Under the pieces are notes generated by a model. That model was not told the DNA's origin and made no database searches. It worked only from the letters and a program-made list of their open reading frames with translations. Source: an uncultured Actinomycetes bacterium (GTDB lineage Bacteria > Actinomycetota > UBA4738 > HRBIN12). From it: a DNA stretch of 64,000 bases. Both the position numbers and the translations under genes were made by a program. The stretch covers positions 1,088,001 through 1,152,000 of the forward strand of contig OY969934.1 of NCBI GenBank assembly GCA_963704725.1, written 5' to 3'. Positions 18,314 to 28,697 of this stretch are shown piece after piece (the first letter of the stretch is position 1; the number at the start of each line of letters is the position of its first letter).

Positions 18314-19377
18314 CGCGCCCCCTCCTCCGCACCTGGTTGTCGCTCGCGCTCGTCGCGTTCGTGCTGGCCGCGTGTGGCGGGGGCGGCGGCGGGCTCACCG
18401 GCGCGCCGGCCGCCAGCGTCGGGGGCGTGGACATCTCCGACGAGCAGCTCACCGTCGACATGGTGGCGTTCCGCTTCCTCGTCGGCCTGTCCGGAAGCAG
18501 CTGCGGCACGCCGGCGGGTGGCGAGACCACCGATGCCGCCTGCGCGCGGTTCACGCTCACGAACGAGATCCAGGAGGAGATCGTGAAGGCGTACGCGGGC
18601 GCCCACGACCTCGCCGTCACGTCGGACGACGTGCAGGCGGCGATCGGACAGCTCGAGCAGAACCTCGGGGGCGCCGACGCGCTCGACGCGCAGCTCCACG
18701 ATGCCGGGCTCACGCGCGCGGAGCTGGTGGCGATCGCCGACCGGCTCGTCCTGTTCAACGTGGTCGAGCAGGCCGTGGCCGACGAGCAGCTGACCGACGC
18801 GGTCCTGCAGGGGATCTACGAGCAGGCCAAGGCGCAGTTCACCACGGTCGAGGTCTCGCACATCCTGCTCGACACGCGCCGGGAGGCGCAGGACGTTGCG
18901 GCGCAGGCCACGCCGGAGAACTTCGGTCGGCTCGCCAAGCAGCTCTCGACCGACGCGAACTCCGCCACCTCGGGCGGCAGCCTCGGCTCGTTCTCGGAGG
19001 CGCAGTTCCGGCAGCAGTTCGACCCCACGTTCGTCGAGGCCGCCCTGGCGCTGCAGCCGGGCGAGGTCTCCGGCGTCGTCCACACGCAGTTCGGCTACCA
19101 CGTGATCGAGCTCGTCCGCCGCGACGTGGCGAACTTCGACGACGTGCGCGACCAGCTCTCGTCGCAGCAGGCTCCACAGGTGTTCCAGACGTGGCTCCAG
19201 GGGCAGTACGACACGACCCAGATCGACGTGAACCCTCGGTACGGCAGGCTCGACGAGTCCACCGGCCAGGTCGTCCCGATCCGGAGCACCGAGGACACGC
19301 CCGGTCCGACGGGGGCCACCGGCGCCTCCGGCGCGACCGCGCACTTCACGGGGGCGACGGGCGCCACGGCTCCGTGA
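18310..19377 (+). CDS. PrsA/SurA-type parvulin peptidyl-prolyl isomerase lipoprotein
   Basis: Lipobox LAAC; VSHIL, FGRLAKQLSTD..SGGSLG, TQFGYHVI. Confidence 0.88.
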   Translation: MTRPLLRTWLSLALVAFVLAACGGGGGGLTGAPAASVGGVDISDEQLTVDMVAFRFLVGLSGSSCGTPAGGETTDAACARFTLTNEIQEEIVKAYAGAHDLAVTSDDVQAAIGQLEQNLGGADALDAQLHDAGLTRAELVAIADRLVLFNVVEQAVADEQLTDAVLQGIYEQAKAQFTTVEVSHILLDTRREAQDVAAQATPENFGRLAKQLSTDANSATSGGSLGSFSEAQFRQQFDPTFVEAALALQPGEVSGVVHTQFGYHVIELVRRDVANFDDVRDQLSSQQAPQVFQTWLQGQYDTTQIDVNPRYGRLDESTGQVVPIRSTEDTPGPTGATGASGATAHFTGATGATAP

Positions 19378-20177
19378 CCGACGATCCGCTCGAGCACGTT
19401 CCTGCGGGACCCGTTCCGTCCTCGCGCGGCGGTGAGCGGCTCCTGGACCTGGTGCGGGTGATGGCGCGCCTGCGGGGCCCGGACGGCTGTCCGTGGGACC
19501 GCGAGCAGGACCACCGCTCGCTGGCTCGATACCTCCTGGAGGAAACGCACGAGGCGCTCGACGCGATCGACGCCGGGGACCGCGAGCTCCTACGCGAGGA
19601 GCTCGGCGACGTCCTGTTGCAGGTCGTGTTCCACGCCCAGATGGCCGCCGACGACGGCGCGTGGGACGTCGACGACGTGGCGGAGGGCATCGTCCGCAAG
19701 CTGATCCGCCGTCACCCGCACGTGTTCGGCGAGCTCGAGGTCTCGGGCGCGGACGAGGTCCTCGTCAACTGGGAGCGGATCAAGGTGCAGGAGAAGGGCC
19801 CCGGCGCGCTCGAGGACGACATCCCGCAGACGCTCCCCGCTCTGGCCAGAGCGGCGAAGGTCCAGCGCCGGGCGGGCGGACGGGGATTCGAGTGGCGCTC
19901 GGTCGGCTCGGCGATGCAGGCCCTCCGTGAGGAGGTGGAGGAGCTCGAGTCGCACACGAGCCCGGACAACGCCGAGGAGGAGATCGGCGACGTCCTGTTC
20001 GCCACCGTCTCGGTCGCGCGCAAGCTCGGCGTCGACGCCGAGAGCGCGCTGCGACGGACGATCCGCGGCTTCGCGGAGCGCTACGAGCGGTTCACCGCGC
20101 TCGTCCGGGAGCGGGGGCTCGACCTCGACACGATGGACGAGGTGGAGATCCGCGAGCTCTTCCGCCGGGCCCGATGA
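19374..20177 (+). CDS. mazG: Nucleoside triphosphate pyrophosphohydrolase
   Basis: LRGPDGCPWDREQ, EELGDVLLQVVFH, RRHPHVFG, EEEIGDVLF; GTGA overlap. Confidence 0.95.
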   Translation: MTDDPLEHVPAGPVPSSRGGERLLDLVRVMARLRGPDGCPWDREQDHRSLARYLLEETHEALDAIDAGDRELLREELGDVLLQVVFHAQMAADDGAWDVDDVAEGIVRKLIRRHPHVFGELEVSGADEVLVNWERIKVQEKGPGALEDDIPQTLPALARAAKVQRRAGGRGFEWRSVGSAMQALREEVEELESHTSPDNAEEEIGDVLFATVSVARKLGVDAESALRRTIRGFAERYERFTALVRERGLDLDTMDEVEIRELFRRAR

Positions 20178-20953
20178 TCCCGGCGGAGGAGGCGGCCCGG
20201 ATCCGGTCGTTCCTGCACGAGCTGCAGGAGCGGTGCTCGACGCGGACCGAGGGCACGGCGTTCGGCACGGCGTACCTGCACGCGGACTTCCCGCTCCGGT
20301 ACGACTCGAACTTCGTGTGGGTGGATCGACCGGTCGCCGGCGTCGACGCCGACGCGCTGGCGGCCGACGCCGACCGGGTGCTGGGCGAGGTGCCGCTCGG
20401 GCACCGCCGGGTCACGCTGGACGACGACGAGCAGGGGCGCCGGCTCGCCCCCGAATTCGTCGAGCTGGGCTGGTCGGCGGAGCGGCTCGTGGTCATGCGC
20501 CGAGTGCAACAGACCGAGCGGCGAGTGCGGACGGTCGTCCGCGAGACCGGGTTCGACGGTGCGCGGCCCATCCTGGACGAGGTGCTCAGGAGGCGGTCCC
20601 GCGCGCAGGACGAGGAGGAGCGTCGCCAGCTCGCGGAGTTCCGCGCCGTGCTCGAGCGCGAGGCCGGCGCGCGGTTCTTCCTCGCCGAGATCGATGGAGC
20701 GCCGGCAAGCGTCTGCGAGCTCTACCGGATCGGTTCGGTGGCGCAGATCGAGGACGTGAGCACGCTCGAGGAGCATCGCGGCCGGGGGCTCGCGAGCGCC
20801 GTCGTGCTCGCCGCCGCGGCCGCCGCTCGCGACCGGGGATGCGACCTGGTCTTCCTGATCGCCGAGGACGCCGACTGGCCGAAGGAGCTCTACGGGCGGC
20901 TGGGGTTCGAGCCCGTGGCGTGGTCCTGGTCCTTCCTACGGGTCCCTGCCTGA
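20174..20953 (+). CDS. GNAT family N-acetyltransferase
   Basis: Motif A 'VSTLEEHRGRGLAS', 'LYGRLGF'. Confidence 0.85.
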   Translation: MIPAEEAARIRSFLHELQERCSTRTEGTAFGTAYLHADFPLRYDSNFVWVDRPVAGVDADALAADADRVLGEVPLGHRRVTLDDDEQGRRLAPEFVELGWSAERLVVMRRVQQTERRVRTVVRETGFDGARPILDEVLRRRSRAQDEEERRQLAEFRAVLEREAGARFFLAEIDGAPASVCELYRIGSVAQIEDVSTLEEHRGRGLASAVVLAAAAAARDRGCDLVFLIAEDADWPKELYGRLGFEPVAWSWSFLRVPA

Positions 20954-20972
20954 CGGGCGCGCTCGGGCCCGC

Positions 20973-21611
20973 TCAGCGCGCGTACACCGCCAGGTCCCAG
21001 ACCAGGGCGCGTCGCTCCCGGCGGAGGGGCTCGAAGCCCGCGGCTCGGACGCGCTCGTCCATCGGGCCGATGTCGTGGATGAAGGCTCGATAGCTGCCGA
21101 ACTTGGCGGGACGCAGGCGGCGGAGCCGGTTCCCCAGATCGGTCTCCGCGCGGGCTACGCGGCCGGCGAACCCGGTGGACGGGGGGATGGTGAACGCATA
21201 CACGGACCCGGCGGCGTCGAGCGATCGCTCGAGCAGGGCGCTCACGTCGGGGTAGCAGCAGAACACGCGGTTCAGGACCACGACGTCGGCGTTCGGCAGG
21301 CGGACCCGTGCGCCGTCGCCCACCTCGAACGTCGTCCGCTCGCCGACACCACGCTCGACGGCCAGCCGGCGGGCTTCCAGGATCGCGCGCCCCGACAGGT
21401 CGTAGCCGAACGCCCGGCTCGCGCCCCGGCGCACGGCCTCGATCGCGAGCGTCCCGACGCCGCATCCGAGCTCCAGGACCGATCGGTCCGCGACGCCGGC
21501 CTCCTCGACCGCCCCGAGCAAGGACGAGCTCACCCCCGTGAGGCCCTTCCTCCGCGCCGAACGCGCCCAACCGCCGGCCAGGTCGTCGAAGCAGCAACGC
21601 TCGCCGTCCAC
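20973..21611 (-). CDS. Class I SAM-dependent methyltransferase
   Basis: VLELGCGVG, YDLS, 'DVVVLNRVFCCYPD'; start estimated at GTG 21611. Confidence 0.85.
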   Translation of the reverse strand: MDGERCCFDDLAGGWARSARRKGLTGVSSSLLGAVEEAGVADRSVLELGCGVGTLAIEAVRRGASRAFGYDLSGRAILEARRLAVERGVGERTTFEVGDGARVRLPNADVVVLNRVFCCYPDVSALLERSLDAAGSVYAFTIPPSTGFAGRVARAETDLGNRLRRLRPAKFGSYRAFIHDIGPMDERVRAAGFEPLRRERRALVWDLAVYAR

Positions 21612-21816
21612 GCGCGCAGCGTAACCGCTTGCCGGGGGACCCCTGCCGTTCGGCCTCCCCTGACCCGCCATCCGACCCATCGGGCGCACCGACCCCGGGA
21701 AACCCGTCCGTCGGTGGACTTGAGTCGGAGGGGGGTACCGGCCGATAACCCCTTCGGATGGTCTGGGCGTGACCCGCCGGCATCAGGCGGGTCGAGCGGA
21801 TCGGATGAGGGAGACG

Positions 21817-22896
21817 ATGGTAGCGGTGCAGCTCCGGCGGCGTTCGGTCGGGCGGCAGGACCCCCTCAGCAGGGAGGCCCTGTTCCGCCAGGTCGGGGCG
21901 CTCGTCGGCGCCGTGCTCCTGGGGTTCCTGTCCATGGCCGTTCGCGAGGTGGGCGCCGATCGTACGGGCCTGCTCGTGCAGGCCTCCACCGCCACGGCGG
22001 CCACGGTCGTCGTGGTCCTCCTGCTTCCCTGGCACCGGATGCCGAACGTGGTCCATATGCTCGTGCCGTTCGTCTATCTGGCGGTGGCGTACCTGGCCCG
22101 AGAGGCGACCGGCGGCGCCCAATCGGCGTACGCGCAGCTCGCGCTCCTGCCCATCTTCTGGGTGGCCGTCTACGGGAGCCGGGCGGAGCTGGCGGGGATC
22201 ATCCTGGGCGCGGCGACGCTCCTGTCGATGCCGCTGTTCGGACACGGCGCCACCGACCAGGAGTGGGTCCGCACCCTCACCACCCTGCTCGGTGGGAGCA
22301 TCGTGGCGTTCGTCGTCCACCGGTTCTTCAACCTGATCCGTCACCAGACGAGCCGGCTGCAGATCTTCGCCGGCACCGATCCGCTGACCGGCGCCGCGAA
22401 CCGCAGGGCCTGGGACGAGGAGCTGGCGACCGCGCTCATCCGCGCCGAGCGGGAAGAGCTGCCCCTGTCGATGGCCATCATCGACCTCGACGACTTCAAG
22501 GGCTTCAACGACCGTCACGGCCACCAGGCCGGCGACCGTCTCCTGAAGGAGGCGGCGGCCGCGTGGCGCAGCATCCTTCGAGCCAGCGACGTCTTGTCCC
22601 GGATCGGTGGGGACGAGTTCGCCATCCTGCTGCCCGGTTGCGGGCTCGACATGGCCGCGACGATCGCCGACCGTCTCCGCAGCGCGGTTCCGCCCTCCGC
22701 GGGCTGCTCGGTGGGCGTGGCGGTGTGGAACGGGCAGGAGAGCGCGCTCGGGTTCATGGCCCGGACCGACGGGGCGCTGTACGACGCGAAGGACCGCGGT
22801 CGTGACCGGGTCGTGATCACGTCCGACGACGGCGTGCGCGTCGAGGTGGGCGGGCACCGCCCGGCGCCGTCGCGCCGGCGCGACGAGCGCGTCTAG
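21817..22896 (+). CDS. Membrane diguanylate cyclase (GGDEF)
   Basis: ~6 TM; TDPLTGAANRR, DLDDFKGFND..GH..GD, RASD I-site, GGDEF. Confidence 0.92.
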   Translation: MVAVQLRRRSVGRQDPLSREALFRQVGALVGAVLLGFLSMAVREVGADRTGLLVQASTATAATVVVVLLLPWHRMPNVVHMLVPFVYLAVAYLAREATGGAQSAYAQLALLPIFWVAVYGSRAELAGIILGAATLLSMPLFGHGATDQEWVRTLTTLLGGSIVAFVVHRFFNLIRHQTSRLQIFAGTDPLTGAANRRAWDEELATALIRAEREELPLSMAIIDLDDFKGFNDRHGHQAGDRLLKEAAAAWRSILRASDVLSRIGGDEFAILLPGCGLDMAATIADRLRSAVPPSAGCSVGVAVWNGQESALGFMARTDGALYDAKDRGRDRVVITSDDGVRVEVGGHRPAPSRRRDERV

Positions 22897-24545
<1,649 letters not shown>

Positions 24546-24570
24546 GCCGGGCCCCCGTCGAGAGGGCGTA

Positions 24571-24600
24571 TTGACGCGCAATTCGGGCCGATGGGAGACT
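24571..24600 (+). promoter_or_regulatory. Candidate housekeeping promoter for the S1 gene
   Basis: TTGACG-N18-GAGACT. Confidence 0.4.
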
Positions 24601-24646
24601 GACTCTCCCGCGGCGGAGGCGCCCGAGGGGAACCGAGGAGGAGACA

Positions 24647-25009
24647 CTGGCAGATCTCGAGGTCGGGGCGGTCATCGACGGGACCGTCTCGCGCATCACC
24701 CCCTACGGCGCCTTCCTCACCCTCGAGGGCGGCAAGGTCGGTCTCGTGCACATCTCCGAGATCGATCGCAACTACGTCAAGGACGTCCACGACCACCTCC
24801 GCGAGACCGACGTCGTCCAGGCCAAGGTCATCGCCATCAAGGAGGACGGCAAGATCGACCTCTCGATCAAGGCCCTCCAGGACCCCGCCCCGCCCCGGCC
24901 CCGACGCGGCGCGGACCCCGACTTCGAGGCCCGGCTGAAGCGGTTCATGCGACAGAGCGAGGAGCGCCAGGTCGACTTCAAGCGCTCCGTCGAGCACAAG
25001 CGCAAGTAA
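24647..25009 (+). CDS. S1 RNA-binding protein (YabR/YugI-like), apparent CTG start
   Basis: GAGGAGG SD then CTG-ADLEVGAVIDGTVSRITPYGAF..GLVHISEI..KIDLSIK; tail FEARLKRFMRQSEERQ. Confidence 0.9.
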   Translation: MADLEVGAVIDGTVSRITPYGAFLTLEGGKVGLVHISEIDRNYVKDVHDHLRETDVVQAKVIAIKEDGKIDLSIKALQDPAPPRPRRGADPDFEARLKRFMRQSEERQVDFKRSVEHKRK

Positions 25010-25054
25010 CGCCCTCCGTGGGGCTCAAGCGGCGTAGCGGTAGCCCGGGCTGAG

Positions 25055-26440
25055 ATGGGCGAGCTCCGGGGCAGCGACCTGCCCGTCGTCCGCGAGCAGC
25101 TCGGCCGCGATCCGACCATCCCGTTCACCGTCGTGGCCCGGTGCGCGGACGGCCATCCGCTGGTGATCCGCAACGCCCCGTTCGATCCGCAGGGTCACCC
25201 CTTCCCCACGCTCTTCTGGCTCACCTGCCCGTCGGCGGTCAGGGCCGTCTCCCGGGTCGAGGCCGGGGGAGCGATCGCCGAGGTGAATGCGCGCGCCGTC
25301 GGCGATCCGGCCTTCGCCGCGACGCTCGGCGCCGCTCACGCCGCCTACGCTCGGGAGCGGGCCCGGGGACACCCGGACGCGGAGGACCACGGAGGGGTGG
25401 GCGGGGCGCGGACCGGCGTGAAGTGCCTGCACGCGCACTACGCGAACCATCTCGCCGGCGGGCAGGACCCGGTCGGGGCGTGGACCGCCGAGCGCGTCGA
25501 GCCGATCCACGCCGAACGGGGCGACCGCTTCGCGGTGATCGACCAGGGGACGAACTCGGTGCGTCTCCTCGTGGCCGAGCCGGACGGCGAGGGCGCGCTC
25601 CGCGAGCTGGCGAGGGACATGGTGATCACGCGGCTCGGCGAGGGCGTCGACCGCACCGGCCGCCTCGCTCCGGCCGCGTTGGGACGGACGGTGGAGGTGC
25701 TCGCGACGTACGGCCGCCGGGCCCGGGCCCTGCACGCCCGGCGGGTCCGCGTGGCCGCCACCGCCGCCGTGCGGGACGCCGCCGACCGCGACGAGCTCGA
25801 GGCGGCGGTGCTCGAGCACGCCGGCTCTGCCCTGGAGGTGATCGGCGGCGAGCGCGAGGCCGAGCTGTCGTTCCTCGGGGCGACCCGCGGGCTCGAGGCG
25901 CCGGCGCCGTTCCTCGTGCTCGACATCGGAGGAGGATCGACCGAGGTCGCGGTGGGCTCGGATCGGCCCGAACGCACCGTCTCGGTTCAGATGGGCAACG
26001 TCCGGCTCACCGAGCGGTTCGTCCGGCGCGATCCGCCCGAGGCCGGAGAGCTCGAGGCGATGGGTGCGTTCGCCCTCGAGCGCCTCGAGGAGGTGGCGGC
26101 CGCGGTCGCGGTGGGCCGGGCGCGGACGCTCGTGGTGGTGGCCGGCACGTCGACCACGGTGCAGGCGATCTCGCTCGGGCTCGCGTTCTACGACCCCGAA
26201 CGGATCCACCGCACGCGGCTGTCGCTCGCCGAGGCGGAGCGGATCCTCGGCGACCTAGCGCTGATGACCACGCCGGAGCGCTCCGCGCTGCCGGTCATGG
26301 CGCCGGGGCGGGGCGACGTGGTCGTCGCCGGGGCGGTGATCCTCGTGACCGCGATGCGGCGGTTCGGGTTCGAGTCGGCGCTCGTGTCCGAGACCGACAT
26401 CCTCGACGGCCTGGCGTTCGAGTCCCTCGAGAGCCTGTAA
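25055..26440 (+). CDS. DUF501 domain fused to Ppx/GppA exopolyphosphatase
   Basis: N-terminal 'QLGR..PFPTLFWLTCP..GVGG..KCLHAHYA'; C-terminal 'AVIDQGTNSVRL, TRLGEGVD, DIGGGSTE, ETDILDG'. Confidence 0.9.
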   Translation: MGELRGSDLPVVREQLGRDPTIPFTVVARCADGHPLVIRNAPFDPQGHPFPTLFWLTCPSAVRAVSRVEAGGAIAEVNARAVGDPAFAATLGAAHAAYARERARGHPDAEDHGGVGGARTGVKCLHAHYANHLAGGQDPVGAWTAERVEPIHAERGDRFAVIDQGTNSVRLLVAEPDGEGALRELARDMVITRLGEGVDRTGRLAPAALGRTVEVLATYGRRARALHARRVRVAATAAVRDAADRDELEAAVLEHAGSALEVIGGEREAELSFLGATRGLEAPAPFLVLDIGGGSTEVAVGSDRPERTVSVQMGNVRLTERFVRRDPPEAGELEAMGAFALERLEEVAAAVAVGRARTLVVVAGTSTTVQAISLGLAFYDPERIHRTRLSLAEAERILGDLALMTTPERSALPVMAPGRGDVVVAGAVILVTAMRRFGFESALVSETDILDGLAFESLESL

Positions 26441-26451
26441 CCTCAATCGCC

Positions 26452-27354
26452 GTGCCCAAGCGCACCCGCAATCGAGAGCTCGCGCGCCTCGCCGCGCGCC
26501 GCCAGGCGGAGCGACGCTCCCGCCAGCGCCGGCGCCAGGTGGTCACGATCGTCGTGGCCCTCGCCGTCGCGCTGGGAGGCGGCGCGGGGGTCTTCATCGC
26601 GCTCACCGGGGGGAGCGAGACGCCCGCCGCCACCTCCGGCCCGTCGGGCCCGAGCGGCGCCTCGGGAGCCTCCGGGCCGACCGCGAGCGCGACCCCGTCG
26701 GGCGATCCCGGGACGAAGACGGGCACCGTCGACCCGTCGCCCGGTCCTGAACGGGTGGCGTGCGGCGGCGAGGTGCCGCCGGGTGCCCTCAAACCGAAGC
26801 CGCAGTTCAACGCGCCCGCCGACGTCCTGAAGGCGAACCGGACCTACACGGCCACGTTCCACACGTCGTGCGGTGACATCGTGATCGAGCTCCTCGCCGA
26901 TCGGGCGCCCCAGACGGTGAACAGCTTCGTGTTCCTCGCCCAGCACGGCTTCTTCGACGCCAGCCGGATCCACCGGCTCGACACGTCGATCGACGTCATC
27001 CAGGGCGGCGATCCCACGGGGACGGGGACCGGAAGCCCCGGGTACGTGCTCCCGGACGAGCTGACCGGCGACGAGAGCTACGTCCCGGGCACGCTCGCCA
27101 TGGCCAACGGGGGGCCGAACACCGGGGGCAGCCAGTTCTTCCTGATCACAGGGCCCAAGGGCACGAACCTGGACGCGAACCCCGCGTACACGATCTTCGG
27201 CCGGGTCGTCGAGGGACTCGACGTCGCGCAGCGGATCCAGGCGCTGCCCATCCGGGATCCGAACGCCGCCTCCGCCGGAGACCTGACGGGGCAGCAGCCC
27301 CAGCAGGCCGTCTACCTCGAGACGGTCACGATCTCCTCGAAGCCCACCCGCTGA
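26452..27354 (+). CDS. Membrane-anchored cyclophilin-type peptidyl-prolyl isomerase
   Basis: Basic N-terminus + TM; APQTVNSF, IQGGDPTGTG, LAMAN.GPNTGGSQFF, YTIFGRV. Confidence 0.9.
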   Translation: MPKRTRNRELARLAARRQAERRSRQRRRQVVTIVVALAVALGGGAGVFIALTGGSETPAATSGPSGPSGASGASGPTASATPSGDPGTKTGTVDPSPGPERVACGGEVPPGALKPKPQFNAPADVLKANRTYTATFHTSCGDIVIELLADRAPQTVNSFVFLAQHGFFDASRIHRLDTSIDVIQGGDPTGTGTGSPGYVLPDELTGDESYVPGTLAMANGGPNTGGSQFFLITGPKGTNLDANPAYTIFGRVVEGLDVAQRIQALPIRDPNAASAGDLTGQQPQQAVYLETVTISSKPTR

Positions 27355-27394
27355 CACCGGTCACGCCCGGTCCCACCCGGGCTCGCCGCGACCT

Positions 27395-27421
27395 CGAGTG
27401 ATATCATCGTGATATCACTCG
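27395..27421. promoter_or_regulatory. Palindromic operator upstream of the SPFH-RHH operon
   Basis: CGAGTGATATCA-TCG-TGATATCACTCG perfect inverted repeat; each arm holds TGATATCA. Confidence 0.75.
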
Positions 27422-27435
27422 GGCAGGAGGGAACC

Positions 27436-28344
27436 ATGGAACGTCGTATCGAGGAGCGGCCGGGCTGGTGCTACGCGGGTCCGCTCGCGCTGGCCGTCGT
27501 CGTCGTGGTCGCGGCGATCGGGGGATGGTTGATATGGGCCGGGATCGCCGGCGCGGCGAGCTCACCCGTCTCCGTGGCCGAGGTGGTGGCGATCGTGGGA
27601 GGGTTCCTCGTCGTCGGGCTCGCCGCCGCACTGTGCCTGGGCTTCTTCATCGTGCAGCCGAACCAGGCCAACGTGCTGATCATGCTGGGCCGGTACATCG
27701 GGACGCAGCGCACCCCGGGCTGGTTCTGGACGAGCCCGTTCACGATCGGATCCCGGCGGAAGGTGTCACTGCGGATCCGCAACTTCGACACGCAGAAGGT
27801 CAAGGTCAACGATCAGCGGGGCAACCCGGTCGAGATCGCGGCCGTCGTCGCCTGGCGGGTGGTCGACACGGCCCGCGCCGTCTTCGATGTCGACGACTTC
27901 GAGCACTTCGTGGCGATCCAGAGCGAGACCGCAGTCCGCCACCTCGCCACGCTGTACCCGTACGACAGCTACGAGGAGGGCGGGCTCTCGCTCTCGGGCA
28001 ACGTCGACGAGGTCTCGAGCACGCTCCAGGAGGAGCTGAAGGACCGGCTGGCGCACGCCGGCGTCGAGGTCGTCGAGACCCGCCTGTCGCATCTGTCCTA
28101 CGCGCCCGAGATCGCCGGCGCGATGCTCCGGCGGCAGCAGGCCACGGCCATCGTGGCCGCGCGGCAGAAGATGGTCGAGGGCGCCGTCGGCATGGTCGAC
28201 ATGGCGCTGAACATGCTTGCGGAGGAGCACATCGTTGAGCTCGACGAGGAGCGCAAGGCCGCGATGGTCTCGAACCTCCTCGTGGTGCTCACCGGCGAAC
28301 AGGGAGCTCAGCCCGTGCTGAACGCCGGCTCCCTGTACCAGTAG
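27436..28344 (+). CDS. SPFH/band-7 domain membrane protein
   Basis: 2 TM; [49 protein letters not shown]; SD AGGAGG. Confidence 0.92.
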   Translation: MERRIEERPGWCYAGPLALAVVVVVAAIGGWLIWAGIAGAASSPVSVAEVVAIVGGFLVVGLAAALCLGFFIVQPNQANVLIMLGRYIGTQRTPGWFWTSPFTIGSRRKVSLRIRNFDTQKVKVNDQRGNPVEIAAVVAWRVVDTARAVFDVDDFEHFVAIQSETAVRHLATLYPYDSYEEGGLSLSGNVDEVSSTLQEELKDRLAHAGVEVVETRLSHLSYAPEIAGAMLRRQQATAIVAARQKMVEGAVGMVDMALNMLAEEHIVELDEERKAAMVSNLLVVLTGEQGAQPVLNAGSLYQ

Positions 28345-28348
28345 GCGA

Positions 28349-28528
28349 GTGGCGGAGCGCAAGGCCTTCCCGCTGCGGATCAGCCCCGAGCTCTACGCCG
28401 CCCTGGAGCGTTGGGCGGCCGACGATCTCCGGAGCGTGAACGCCCAGATCGAGTTCCTGCTCGCCGAGGCCGTCCGCCGGGCCGGCCGCCACCGGCGTTC
28501 GAAGGCGCGGCCCTCCGCGGGCGCCTAG
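28349..28528 (+). CDS. Arc-like ribbon-helix-helix protein (59 aa)
   Basis: [38 protein letters not shown]; not in the ORF track. Confidence 0.85.
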   Translation: MAERKAFPLRISPELYAALERWAADDLRSVNAQIEFLLAEAVRRAGRHRRSKARPSAGA

Positions 28529-28542
28529 AATCGCGCAACCCA

Positions 28543-28629
28543 GCCCGGGTGGCGAAATCGGGTAGCCGCGGCAGGCTTAAACCCTGCCGGTCCTTTCGGG
28601 CCATGTGGGTTCGAATCCCACCCCGGGCA
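28543..28629 (+). tRNA. tRNA-Leu(UAA), the bldA-type isoacceptor
   Basis: Acceptor GCCCGGG/CCCGGGC; anticodon arm GCAGG-CT-TAA-AC-CCTGC; long variable arm; GGTTCGAATCC. Confidence 0.95.
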
Positions 28630-28697
28630 CGAGCCATCGCCGCAGCGCTCGGTCCTGCGCCCCACGGGCGGGGCGCAGGACCTTCGAGCGCGTTCGC

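Noticed and set aside
19300-19372. Collagen-like GAT/GAS triplets (also 26635-26685)
   Set aside because: Too short; ordinary low-complexity linkers
28600-28629. att-site duplication of the tRNA-Leu 3' end marking an island
   Set aside because: No second copy noticed downstream and no integrase in the window
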